Source: Nemertoderma westbladi
Taxonomy: Eukaryota > Animalia > Xenacoelomorpha
NCBI GenBank assembly: GCA_032718475.1
Contig: JAUCBJ010001698.1
Span: 13,117 to 77,116 of the forward strand
Reading direction: 5' to 3'
DNA: 64,000 bases
Position 1 is the first letter of the stretch; every line of letters begins with the position of its first letter. The position numbers and the translations under genes are program-made. A model generated the notes under the pieces. The model ran no database searches. It worked only from the letters and a program-made list of their open reading frames with translations, and had not been told where the DNA came from. Positions 25,601 to 35,829 of the stretch are shown one piece after another.

Positions 25601-28600
25601 GAATACCAGCGAGAAGAGCGGGGTGGATTCTTAAAACTAGAGGATGTGTACCTTTTAATATCCAGGGAGGCAGTAGTAGAAACTCGATCTAACTACACTG
25701 ACCAGCACATCGTGGCAGAAGGAATCACATTGCCATCCTCCAACCGACAAAAACCCCAGACAACATCCACTAAGACGGCCACTTACACCACACCGACGGA
25801 ATCACGACAATTCTCGGACGGTAGTAGGGTATCTGCGCCCATTGGGACAAAACAGACGAGACAACAACTCGGTACCGACTTCAGCGGCTGCCAATACTGC
25901 GAGCATCTAGGCAAGCGGTATATCGGTCACAAGTTGAGGGGTTGTCGACAGTTTCGCGAGTTGAACTCGGAAGAACGACGGCTGCAGATACGGCCACTGG
26001 ACTCTTGTTGGCGGTGTACGCGACACGGACACGTCCGTAAAGATTGCCCAAATACCGACACTTGTCCATCCTGTGGACGCAACCACGACGGTCTGCTCCA
26101 CACAGACAGCCACACACCGACAAAACGCTTCGCCAGGGAACACCCGGAAGCAGCAGCGAGATGTGATGCGGCCTACAGAAAACGAGAATCGAAAACGACT
26201 CCAACCTTCGTGACCCATATTGAGGATTGCTTCTCAGAACAACCCGGATCGTCGGACGAAGAGTCAGAAGACGACGACGTATATTCGGATGGAGATGAAC
26301 AGCCATCGATCGCGCTTCTGACTACTGACCAACTAAAGGGATTTAGTGTAATTCCGATTAAGATTACCGGCACAAAGGGGAGTAAAAGAATCTACGCGAT
26401 TCTAGATTCAGCCTCATGTCACAGCTACGTGGATGAAAAGATAGCTGACGTCGTGACGGATCTCAGACAAGGTAAGCGCGTCAGTTATACCGTAAGTAGT
26501 ATGCACGGACTACGTGCAATACCAGTGACACGAGTCAAGTTAAACTTAGACTCTCTTCTTCCGAAATCGCAACACAGCGAGAGGGAGAGGTCTTTGTTAC
26601 CCTTCAAGGATTTGACCTTTGCGGCCACAAAAGACTTTAGTAACCTACTAGGTCCGGTCCCAGAACAATCCTTGGAGGACCGTAAGTATTTCAGACACCT
26701 TGGTGTACCAGAATGTCCTGTCAATTATAGATCGGTAGCCATGCTGATCGGGACAGACCAATTCAACCTACATCAAGTGTGGGAAACCAGACCATCGGCA
26801 GTCGTAGCGGGAAACGCATACGCCTGCAGAACGCCGATAGGGTGGTATACTCGAGCGCCTGTGCGCACACTGGACATAAGTGAAGAGGAAGACGATGTAC
26901 GAAGTACATGTAGTTTATTAACTACAAATTCAATTCATTCCTTCTCACACGACGTGAACCATACTACACTACAGTCGACAAAACGTGACAGACGTGTAAC
27001 TAGTATGATAAGTCACAAGGAGCAGCTAATCCACCAGCGGAGTTTAGAACTTGGGGAGAAGACGAGTCAGCTAGAGATTCCATCGACGACAGATGATAAC
27101 GCCGGAAGGCTTGCGAGTCTACCTACCCCAACGACATCAACAATGCCCGTCGAGATCGATGATGACGCGTTGAGAAATCATCAAATGGAACAAGCTGCAC
27201 TGGACAAAGAATTAACGGAGAAGACTATCAGGTGGTTAGAACAAGATACAGCTGAACCTGGTAGCTACGAACCTTGTATGTCGGAACAGGAGAAACAATC
27301 TCTGAAGATCATGGAAGATACTATCCGACAGACGGAGGACGGACATTATGAGGTAGGGATGTTATGGCGTAGCCAAAGTCCTAAACTCACAAATAACTAT
27401 CCACTGGCTTTAAGACGTCTACACTCAATACGGCAACGTCTATTAAAGGACGAGAAAGCCCATCTGCAGTATAACACTCAGATGGAGACGTATTTGACTA
27501 AAGGATACGCTATCCGAATGACTAACCCAGAGATAGTGACTGACCAAACATATTACTTGCCACATCACTATGTGAGACACCCCGACAAACCAGATAAAGT
27601 ACGCGTAGTCAATGACTGTGCGGCTCTGTTTGAGGGAATGTCCCTCAATAGTGAGTTGATGGATGGACCAAACATGAATAATTATCTTATGGGGGTGATT
27701 ATGCGCTTCCGTCAGCGTCAAGTAGCTTTTACTTGTGACGTTGAAGCGATGTTTCACCAAGTGAGAGCGTTAGAGCGAGACAGAGACAGTTTGCGGTTCC
27801 TCTGGTACCTGGAAGGAGACTTAAGTCTACCACCGGCGACTTACCAAATGCAAGTTCGCGTTTTCGGTGCCAGAGACAGCCCAAATTGCACGATGTACGC
27901 CCTAAAACAAGCCGCTAGAGATCAGAAACATCTATATGACCCAGAGATAATTAAAATCGTAGAACGTGACTTTTACGTAGACGACGGATTACAGAGTTGC
28001 GACACAGTAGAACGTGCTACAACAGTAGCACATCAATTACGGGACTGCTTAGCGGGCGGAGGTTTTAACCTCACCAAATTCGCCTCAAACAGTGCCGAAT
28101 TAGTAGACTCATTCGGAACGACTGAGCGTGGAGGTGGTGACATAGACCTAGAGTTCGAACCACTACCGACGACCAAGGTGTTGGGGCTCTTTTGGGACCC
28201 AAACACGGACAACTTCCGAGTGAAAGTAAGACTGGACAGTCAAGAAAACACACTGACAAAGAGATCATGCTTGTCAAAATTGAGCCGATTGTTCGATCCG
28301 TTAGGATTCATCAGTCCAGTAATACTGCAAGCCCGCATTTATATGCGCAGTATTTGGAAGGATGGACTAACATGGGACGAGCCGATCTCATCAGACCAAG
28401 TGGACTTATGGAAGACCTGGGAGGCGGAATTATCTTCGCTAGAGGATTATTCCATACCCAGAGTTTACTTTCCATTACAAAGTACATTTCCTGACAACTT
28501 GGAACTACACTGTTTTTCTGACGCCAGTGACAACGGTTTTGGTGTGGCAGCGTACTTGCGCAGACAAGTAGACTCAGAAGCATTCGATGTTTCGCTCATT

Positions 28601-31378
28601 ACTTCTAAGGCAAAAACAATGCCTACTAAGTATATGACGACACCACGAGCTGAGCTACAAGCCGCAACCCTGTCAACCACCATCGTGAACCTCATACAGA
28701 CAGAACTACAGTCAAGTTTACAGATATTTTATTGGACTGACGCGACGTTGGTTTTATTTTACATAAACAACGACACGCTTGAATTCAAGACATTCGTAGC
28801 TAACCGTCGCGCAGAAATTCTAGATCGTTCAATAAAAGAGGATTGGCGACATTGTCCCGGACCACAAAACCCAGCTGATATTGCGTCGCGAGGAATGATG
28901 CCTGAGGAATTCTGTAAACCGGAAAACAAAGAATTTTGGCAACACGGACCCCAATTCTTGCAGAAATCGACGCAAGATTGGCCACCGTTATGCGACAACA
29001 AGTCTAACACCATCCCTAAGGACGCCGAAATCAAGAAACCAAAAAAGGGGAAGGCAAAGAAAAAGACGACGGCGGCAAAACTCAAGAAAAAACCGAAGGC
29101 GAAATGGAAAGATATAACTTCAAAGGTCAAGAGAGGAAGACTTGCGAGCCTTTCTACACCAGACATATCGCCAGACGGTCAACCAGACACGTTACTAGAC
29201 GGTCAACCAGACGTTTTGTCAGACATATCACAAAATGTTCTACCAGACACTAGTAACATATTGACAAACAGTAAAGCCGCAGCTTCCCTATTGGAGCGGC
29301 CTTCTGTTGACAAACAACCAGATACGTTACCAGACGTATCGCCAGACACATTACTAGACAGTCGACTAGACATTTTGTCAGAAACATCACAAAATGTTCT
29401 ACCGGACATTAGTAATGTATCGACTAACAGTAAAGCCGCAGTTTCCCTATTGGAGCGGCCTTGTATTGACAAACTACCAATTTTGACACACTTGAGCAAC
29501 CATAAGCATGGTGAAACCTCATGTATTACAGATGTGGGTAGTACCTACGCTAATGTAAATACAGGTGTTACTCTGCGCTCAAGAGACATACCAAACTTGC
29601 AACCTATGGTGAGACCTGGGATTAATATCGGCAGAAAAATAAGCTTACCGAAACCCACTGACCCCATAGAGTTCAAACCACCATTAACGATCGACTTACA
29701 AAGTACTGACAATCAAGGTAAGAAGACGAAGAAGGACAAATTACTTGTAGACCCGGATGGATCAACAGTCAACAAGGGAATACTTACCGGCGGACCCGTG
29801 GGCCCTTCTAGTAATTCAAAACCTTCCAAATTCTCCATTGACTTACCTGATGACGTCACAAATACTTACGTCGACCGTATTGTAAACCTAACAGATTCTT
29901 GGACGAACGCTTGCCGAAAATTAGCGTGGATTGTACGTTTTGTACAATACGTTAAAGGCAAACGCGACTTTACACATCGACTTACATTGGCTGAGATTGA
30001 CAGGTGTGAGATTAAATTAATTCGCCATTACCAACTGCGATATTTCGCGCGCGAATTCACATCTATAAATCAAGGTCAACCAATCAAGTCGTCACCAATA
30101 CTGAGTTGGAGTCCGATTATTTATAATGGCTTAATTTGTCATAAATCTCGGCTTCAAAACATTGACTTTAACACAAACTTTAGGTACCCAATAATAATAC
30201 CGCAACATCACGAACTACAACGTGCAATGATACTGGACGCACATTTACATCTGAAACACGCTGGAAGACACCACTGTCTTTCCTACTTACGTACAAGATT
30301 TGTATTAATTAGACCCAGTAAAGCGTTAAGTTCAGTGACACGTACGTGTATTATTTGTAAAAAGGTACATTCTAGAATAGGTACCCAAGAAATGAGTGAA
30401 CTTCCACAAGCACGACTTCAAGCATTCAGACCACCTTTTACAGAGACTGGAATTGATTGCTTTGGTCCCATACATACGAAACGTGGACGTATACTAGTAA
30501 AACGCTGGGGACTGATTTTCACATGTATGTCCAGTAGGGCAGTTCACATTGAACGTGTGATGGATCTTTCCACCAACGCGTTTATACTAGCACTGCGGCG
30601 ATTTATCGCTAGACGCGGACTAGTGAAATGCTTGTACTCAGACCAAGGGACAAACTTTGTTGGTGCTCGAAATGAGATTGCTAGAGCCTTTAAGAAATTA
30701 GATCATGATCAAATCTCGAACGAACTGCAACCTCACAAGATTGTTTGGAAGTTCAATCCTCCAGATAGTCCTTGGAGAGGCGGAGTCTGGGAGAGATTGA
30801 TTAGATCTATAAAGACGGCAATGGCAAAGGTCATTCCAGTAAACCACATATTGACAGATGACCAACTGACGACACTGTTTGTTGAAATCGAGGCAATACT
30901 AAATACTAGACCAATAGTATTAGTACCCGATGACAAACAATCTCAGTTCGCTTTGACACCGGCACACCTGCTTATGCAGGCACCGACCATATTGACACCT
31001 ATTTCTATTCCAATAGAAAGCGACAGCTACAGTAGAAAAGCGTGGAAAATCACGCAACTACTAGCTAACAAATTCTGGGAAATATGGCAAAACCATTATT
31101 TGCCCTCTATTTCTGCCAGAACAACATGGTACAATAACACCCGCGCATTAAAGCCGGGAGATCACGTGCTGTTAGCGGAAGTGAATCTAAAAAGACGCTT
31201 CTGGATAACAGGTGTAATTTTAGCCACACATCCATCTATGGATGGAGTGACAAGAACTGTGACGGTACGGACAATTGACGGTCGTACAGTAGACAGACCG
31301 ACTCAACGTCTCGTACTTCTTGAAGAGACTCGTAACGAGTCTGGAGACTACAAATCTCCACCTAATACTAGTAAATAA
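22625..31378 (+). CDS. Element B gag-pol polyprotein, 2917 aa, intact
   Basis: Coiled-coil N-terminus; PPKFSG..REKFNYL gag; three Cys/His knuckles; protease AILDSAS; RT YYLPHH, CDVEAMFHQV, FYVDD; RNase H FSDASD, PRAEL, WTDA, NPADIASRG; integrase HHCC, GIDCFGP, SDQGTNF, WRGGVWERL. Confidence 0.97.
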   Translation: MSDKQNYTKNTQTDYDSCDADKSAAEEQQGKTREPTEPTPCASPVHPTGVPDAVVRGDGRTKDFLTVPQPRYRETDMVSSAGSQESVVRSVGGYMAHITRSIGEGQCVLDELTAPMSRFEFYTLQVRVQSKVYKSVDNLIGLQDLARQRQDMDTQLRILEKLMIAREKLIQFKSTIRHIQQEQADQLLGESVSDELLQPEEEQELYRLDGQLKHLTDHLRMCGEDVGDSETVPEYTRETSPVRIESAPGILDQSLVSIRSEIGEISIVTSEISRQQQQVDRQQREAEEQAQLLTAQGAVQEEKLRVADVARISHLQEQAELEAAEMERLELEIAQRTAAAELAQQAAAAELAQQAAAAELERQAAAAELEEHKRVSEARAEMKKRQIKAQSVIRQAELEAQQRQTEQREKEVKLHFELGKKARELANAKEDLDLQARDRSMRSRDGHDLDQIEVRHRQIQEWKKEGSVGAPGRERQLVKDLCQRFPQVTHMFAPVTTKEPVSIAGSSNIYPIHGATEHRFVIPDEFTPPRATSSPIPKVKVSNPPITDRSSLLVEPVLLTTKQVSPPLTPKPVTHYAYPMTFRPTRPLDSNAVTRPPVQFTSQSTTSRKTCEPTEQQRTVDTRPFNQFTSQSTTSRKTCEPTEQRRTVDTRPFNKFTSQSTTSRKTCEPTEQRRSVDDVPKRNVRIRTTQWTRARRPPYPDDSSTSSESDYPKREVFRTGAADEYKRERSDNSFVDNPPQNTPTQKALQPTRQISTQQFADILRPVVNKLAQIEERLEEVQTDSSRNTEFEHNRHPKEPQRPVPSKHTSYQGKAPRRENINLVTNQGRETLNVAEEIAKFAARQGLPVQQPPKFSGSSKHWHTFVDYIESQIAMCAFTSREKFNYLLQTLSGEPKRLAETFVGVPDAFELAYDRLTSIYGGTVSMARSVIEELCKGGAITKPVDLLKLADEIKNAITTLRSIGQLDYGNTPTVLLKIIGRLHHRLRREWRKIEYQREERGGFLKLEDVYLLISREAVVETRSNYTDQHIVAEGITLPSSNRQKPQTTSTKTATYTTPTESRQFSDGSRVSAPIGTKQTRQQLGTDFSGCQYCEHLGKRYIGHKLRGCRQFRELNSEERRLQIRPLDSCWRCTRHGHVRKDCPNTDTCPSCGRNHDGLLHTDSHTPTKRFAREHPEAAARCDAAYRKRESKTTPTFVTHIEDCFSEQPGSSDEESEDDDVYSDGDEQPSIALLTTDQLKGFSVIPIKITGTKGSKRIYAILDSASCHSYVDEKIADVVTDLRQGKRVSYTVSSMHGLRAIPVTRVKLNLDSLLPKSQHSERERSLLPFKDLTFAATKDFSNLLGPVPEQSLEDRKYFRHLGVPECPVNYRSVAMLIGTDQFNLHQVWETRPSAVVAGNAYACRTPIGWYTRAPVRTLDISEEEDDVRSTCSLLTTNSIHSFSHDVNHTTLQSTKRDRRVTSMISHKEQLIHQRSLELGEKTSQLEIPSTTDDNAGRLASLPTPTTSTMPVEIDDDALRNHQMEQAALDKELTEKTIRWLEQDTAEPGSYEPCMSEQEKQSLKIMEDTIRQTEDGHYEVGMLWRSQSPKLTNNYPLALRRLHSIRQRLLKDEKAHLQYNTQMETYLTKGYAIRMTNPEIVTDQTYYLPHHYVRHPDKPDKVRVVNDCAALFEGMSLNSELMDGPNMNNYLMGVIMRFRQRQVAFTCDVEAMFHQVRALERDRDSLRFLWYLEGDLSLPPATYQMQVRVFGARDSPNCTMYALKQAARDQKHLYDPEIIKIVERDFYVDDGLQSCDTVERATTVAHQLRDCLAGGGFNLTKFASNSAELVDSFGTTERGGGDIDLEFEPLPTTKVLGLFWDPNTDNFRVKVRLDSQENTLTKRSCLSKLSRLFDPLGFISPVILQARIYMRSIWKDGLTWDEPISSDQVDLWKTWEAELSSLEDYSIPRVYFPLQSTFPDNLELHCFSDASDNGFGVAAYLRRQVDSEAFDVSLITSKAKTMPTKYMTTPRAELQAATLSTTIVNLIQTELQSSLQIFYWTDATLVLFYINNDTLEFKTFVANRRAEILDRSIKEDWRHCPGPQNPADIASRGMMPEEFCKPENKEFWQHGPQFLQKSTQDWPPLCDNKSNTIPKDAEIKKPKKGKAKKKTTAAKLKKKPKAKWKDITSKVKRGRLASLSTPDISPDGQPDTLLDGQPDVLSDISQNVLPDTSNILTNSKAAASLLERPSVDKQPDTLPDVSPDTLLDSRLDILSETSQNVLPDISNVSTNSKAAVSLLERPCIDKLPILTHLSNHKHGETSCITDVGSTYANVNTGVTLRSRDIPNLQPMVRPGINIGRKISLPKPTDPIEFKPPLTIDLQSTDNQGKKTKKDKLLVDPDGSTVNKGILTGGPVGPSSNSKPSKFSIDLPDDVTNTYVDRIVNLTDSWTNACRKLAWIVRFVQYVKGKRDFTHRLTLAEIDRCEIKLIRHYQLRYFAREFTSINQGQPIKSSPILSWSPIIYNGLICHKSRLQNIDFNTNFRYPIIIPQHHELQRAMILDAHLHLKHAGRHHCLSYLRTRFVLIRPSKALSSVTRTCIICKKVHSRIGTQEMSELPQARLQAFRPPFTETGIDCFGPIHTKRGRILVKRWGLIFTCMSSRAVHIERVMDLSTNAFILALRRFIARRGLVKCLYSDQGTNFVGARNEIARAFKKLDHDQISNELQPHKIVWKFNPPDSPWRGGVWERLIRSIKTAMAKVIPVNHILTDDQLTTLFVEIEAILNTRPIVLVPDDKQSQFALTPAHLLMQAPTILTPISIPIESDSYSRKAWKITQLLANKFWEIWQNHYLPSISARTTWYNNTRALKPGDHVLLAEVNLKRRFWITGVILATHPSMDGVTRTVTVRTIDGRTVDRPTQRLVLLEETRNESGDYKSPPNTSK
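23635..23731 (+). repeat. 27-bp coding tandem repeat (AAAAELAQQ-like) in gag
   Basis: GCGGCAGC(AGC)TGAGTT repeated 4 times. Confidence 0.85.
24417..24655 (+). repeat. 84-bp coding tandem repeat, ~3 copies, in gag
   Basis: FTSQSTTSRKTCEPTEQ.R.VD repeated; motif starts at 24447, 24531 and 24615. Confidence 0.92.
29160..29480 (+). repeat. ~159-bp duplication in the long RNase H-integrase linker
   Basis: SQNVLPD.SN..TNSKAA.SLLERP..DK occurs twice. Confidence 0.85.
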
Positions 31379-32040
31379 TTAGGAGTTTACAAATAGATTT
31401 CCACGTACCTGTACACCGTAGTAAGGACAGCGGTAGAATTCCATTGTCTTTATATGTGAACATTGAGGGTAGTACCCTTATGTGTCATATAGGAGCGGGA
31501 TTTGTAGGTATAAGAAATGGAATTCTACTTGGAACTCACAATATTGAGACATTTTCGAAAATTTAGACAATCCATTTGGATTTGAAAAATTTTTAAAAAT
31601 TTTCTCCAGTGAATAGATTTCAGGGTACAGTCGGGTGGAACTTAAAATTAGAGAAACAAGAGAGGAAGACTTGCGAGCCTTTCTTAAAATTTTTAATTAA
31701 ATTTTACACGGTCTTGTTTCAATAAGTTACGTCAAAATAGACTCCCCTATATTTATTTACTAATTCTTGACTGCTTATTTTCTGATAATAGTTTGGGATC
31801 AAAAAGTGAGTATTTTAGACTCACAGCCAGTTTAGCCCAAATTCGTTTTTATTTCGGCAAAAAATTTTAGATAAGAAGCAGCGTGTCATTAAAGAAACCC
31901 TAGATCTTAGGCTATGGGTAGGAGGTTAGAGCGTTGTCGAGCCCAAAGGGCAGACGAAACTCTCACGTCTCCTCACAACTAACTACAAACTCTGTTGTAT
32001 TCCCTCTAGTAGTAATGATTATGTAACTACACCCCTAATT

Positions 32041-35000
32041 ATGGAGAAAGGGATACAAGGAGAGCCGAGATGGGGATATGATATCCAAGAGGAGGCAGCA
32101 GCGCCATTCGAAAGATTTGGAGCCAAGGACTACACTATATTTGGTATAAAAGAATTATCGGAAAGTACAGCGAAACTCGCGAGAACTAAATATGACTCGA
32201 ATGTATTAAAGAGAAGACAAAACGCATTAAACGAAAGAATCGAAAGTTTGCGTCAAACCTTCAATGAACTTTACCCGTACGACGCTTTGTGTGATACGGG
32301 AGACATTAGCGAAGACCCCGATACTGAAATTAGTCGTTTGTATCATACCATGCAATACCTAAAGGCACACGAACCTATGCCCGCGGTAAGAGATGAATTC
32401 GATGGAATGCATCTTTACAGACGAACTCGAGGGGACGATAGAGAAACCAAGGAAGCATTTTCAGTTTATAAACTTTATTATCAATGCGGTTCTTGAATGC
32501 GCGAACAACGAAATGCGATTCCGATGCGTTTGAATAAGGAAAATCCCGAACCGATATTGGCGAGGTGTTCGAATCATCAACAACTACGCTACCAGGAAGG
32601 AGGGTATCCTTTATCGAATCCATATCATTCATTTGCTATGACCGGACCAAAGGCGGGAGAAACTGTCATTTACCCACCTAAGGTTGTTGAACCCGATGTA
32701 TTTGAACTTACGCTGGACGAGGCGAATCAGTCAACCCGCGAAAAGAAAGAAGCTCTTAGCCTATACAGAGCCTACAAGGCTTTCGAGAAAGGTGAGATGG
32801 AAGAATGGGGTGGAAGACTCGCGAGCCTACCTTGCCATTGGACGTCACACGATCAAACTTCAGCTAAGGAGATGACACCGGAAGTTTTCGAGAGCATAAA
32901 CTTTGCTCAAAACGTTATTCAGAGACTACAGATTGCATCCCCGGAGAGGACAAGAGAAATGCAACCGTATAGTACTTCAACTACGAAACCATTGAGTACG
33001 ACACTCAACTTTCCTATTAGTATACCAGTCCGACAGGATACGACGTACGAAATACCCATCGTGGATCATCCAGAAATCATTTCAAACTTGGAGTTTCTTC
33101 CTGCAGTTGTTTTCAGCGATATGAGTAAGATATATGATTTACGTAGACATATTACTCAAAAGGTCGTGTACAACGTTCCACCTCATATTCAAGATTTCAA
33201 GGAACTGGATAGAGCTGGTGCCGATATAGCTCCGAGTAATCTGAAAGGATATCTAACCGAGACGATTCGTTTATGGATTGGAACCGGAACCTTCGAGTCG
33301 GATACAGATATTGCCGCAGATTGGCGAGGTAAGGTTATTCGTTTCGAAGATGATAAGGATATAGAGAAGATTTGGCAACCTTCGGAAGAATTGTTGGATG
33401 AATGGAATAGGACGTTCAGATCGTTTCAGGAAAATGGTAACATGTTTTACGATAACGAGGGCGGCAGTCATCAGCAGAGTTTGACTTCTAAGACTATACA
33501 GATTAGAGCGGCGGACGGAGTCCTGCACGTTTTCAGTAGACAGAGGAGCGACAAACGAATGCCGATACCTCCAGCGAATACAAAGCGACACCATCTTATC
33601 ACCGATATAGTAAAGAAGATGGACCAAGCTTGTAATATTGACGCTAGAATGCTACCGAAGATGGTAAGAAACATGATTTTAGATAAAACTGTTGTAAAGA
33701 TTGGATCAGGAGTAAGGGAGGATTTAATTAGCGACTTCGCCGGCATGACGGACAGCGATGACCGACTACCGACACCTTACGTCGACACTCGACCTCTTAT
33801 CTTGTGGTCTATAGAACAGGGATATTTTCGTGAGTACAATACTCAGAAGACTGGAACTGGGTACATTTCCTACCTGTTATTCAATTGGGATTATAAGGAA
33901 AATAAGAGAAACAAGTATATTGAAACTTATGGAGAAGGTGATACTCCAGATATGAGTGAGTTTGAATCACAGCTTAAATGGAGAGGATGCGTGTATTGGG
34001 CCATTACGTCACCTCCAAGAGCGGTCTTACAATATTATTTAGCAATAGAGTCGTCAGTGAATGTTTGCTTAATCGCCGACATTGTGTCTCGGACTCTCAA
34101 AAGACATCCACTTTGTCTCGGAGAAGATCATACGTTCTACATGGAAGGGAGAATTCGTACCGACGTGTTTAGACGATTCCTTGAACCCTTCTACAACTCC
34201 GACGCTCAGTGTAATGCCTTTACTCGAGCAGGATTTAGTATATTTCGAGACGTGTATCTTCGCTGTGCGGGATCTCTTATCGAAAGACCATCTATGTTTA
34301 CATTGTTACCCTATGAAGGAGAACGTATCGTGGAGATTACGGAAGAATCACGGCAGACGCGCGCGCCTATCGGTCACCTTGGTGATGATTTCGAAGTAAC
34401 TACTACGATCGCTGACGATCCTTTAGAGGAACTTCTTGAGATAGAAAGGAACCTCCCGAAGAAATCTCAGACGGAGATTCGACAACTTGAAGCAACAGAT
34501 GCTATAGTTTGTATACAACCTTCAGAAACCTACCAACCCATAGACCCAGATGATTACGATTATAGTATGGGAGGAAGCGCTCGACCGATTGGAGATCTTA
34601 TATACGAACGAGTGTGGTACCCTGCCAATACGATGTGTAGTAAATGTGGCGTCGCTGGACATCATATGACAAAGTGCAGTGGAAAGCACATTACTACGAC
34701 TCAGCTAATCTGTGGATGGTGTGGGGATCAAGGGTCTCATACATTTTATACTTGCTGGAGATTTATGGCTCAATGTACTTACTGCAATATAAAGGGACAT
34801 CGAGCATCTGAATGCCAATTAAGAGACATACCTTATGAACACGAATCTGTAAAACTCGTGAGGAAATTATTCGATGAGTGGGAAGATTTAGCCGACGAAC
34901 ATGTATCGGCACAAAGAAGACGGTTTCCGATGAGAGCGCATCTCGGATTTTGGGCGGTAAATCCCCAGACGATGATGTCGGAAGGATACATCTCCGCTAT

Positions 35001-35766
35001 GCCCCAATATGACGAACTTATCGAGGTTGTCGATATTTTGCCCCACGACAGCGGATTCCGAGTGGTGCGCAAGTATCTACTACAGATTCACCCGGATAAC
35101 AAAAACACGTGGAATTTTCAGAAAGTCGTTAATCGCATTACGTATGGTGAATTCGATCGTTTCCGAACCGAAAGGCGGAACAAAGGAGCTTGGTTAACCG
35201 TCGCATGGGCGTACCGAGCCGCGTTTTACCATAAACGTATACGAGCGAGCGTATTCGAGGAAGAGGAGGTCCTAGAGGCGACAAATATACCAGCCACTCC
35301 GGTTGCGCTGTCTGCACGTCACCCTCGGGAGGACGGGCAGGGTAGGATCATACGGGTCCAAAAGGTGGGCCAACAATTAAAGAAAATTATTAATGTAGAA
35401 GAACGCAAGGGAGTTGAGCCGACTATTCGAGTTACTCGGGATACGGTATCACTTCCAAGAGAACCAGTAGGAGGATCGGGACATACACCAGCTGATCAAC
35501 AGGGGGCGCAAGCTACTCTTGGGTCTGCGTCGTCCGCTTCTCGCGTGTTCCCAGACGTTCTACCAACTGTAGTGACGACTGATCGGTCACGAGGAATCGG
35601 TCGAGGTTTTGGGATGCCAAATAGACGAATTTGCGAGGAAATAGTCGCACCGTCTCTCAACGTCCCAAGTAAACCAGTGACTCGCCCCACGAGTCCCATA
35701 TCGCGAGCAAAGTCACCTGTGCGCAGTTTTCGAGGACGCGGCAGGGCTCGATCCACTAAGCGATAA
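32041..35766 (+). CDS. Element B ORF2 (~1241 codons with one in-frame TGA at 32494-32496): DEDDy-like 3'-5' exonuclease, three CCHC knuckles, Arg/Gly tail
   Basis: ORFs 32041-32496 and 32497-35766 are in one frame; FYDNEG..TIQIR, LPKMVRNMILDKTVVKIGSGVRED, YVDT, YLAIE; CSKCGVAGHHMTKC, CGWCGDQGSHTFYTC, CTYCNIKGHRASEC; homologous to A ORF2. Confidence 0.85.
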
Positions 35767-35829
35767 AAGGGAGGGCAAGGGTGGACGGAAGACTCGTGAG
35801 CCTTTCTTATGATTTGTGATTTATTTGAA

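Noticed and set aside
31936-31970. Hammerhead ribozyme (GCCCAAAGGGC...GAAAC)
   Set aside because: The CUGANGA core is absent (TTGTCGA) and GAAA is not adjacent to stem II
32041-35766. ORF2 as an envelope gene
   Set aside because: No signal peptide or transmembrane anchor visible; nuclease and knuckle motifs are present instead
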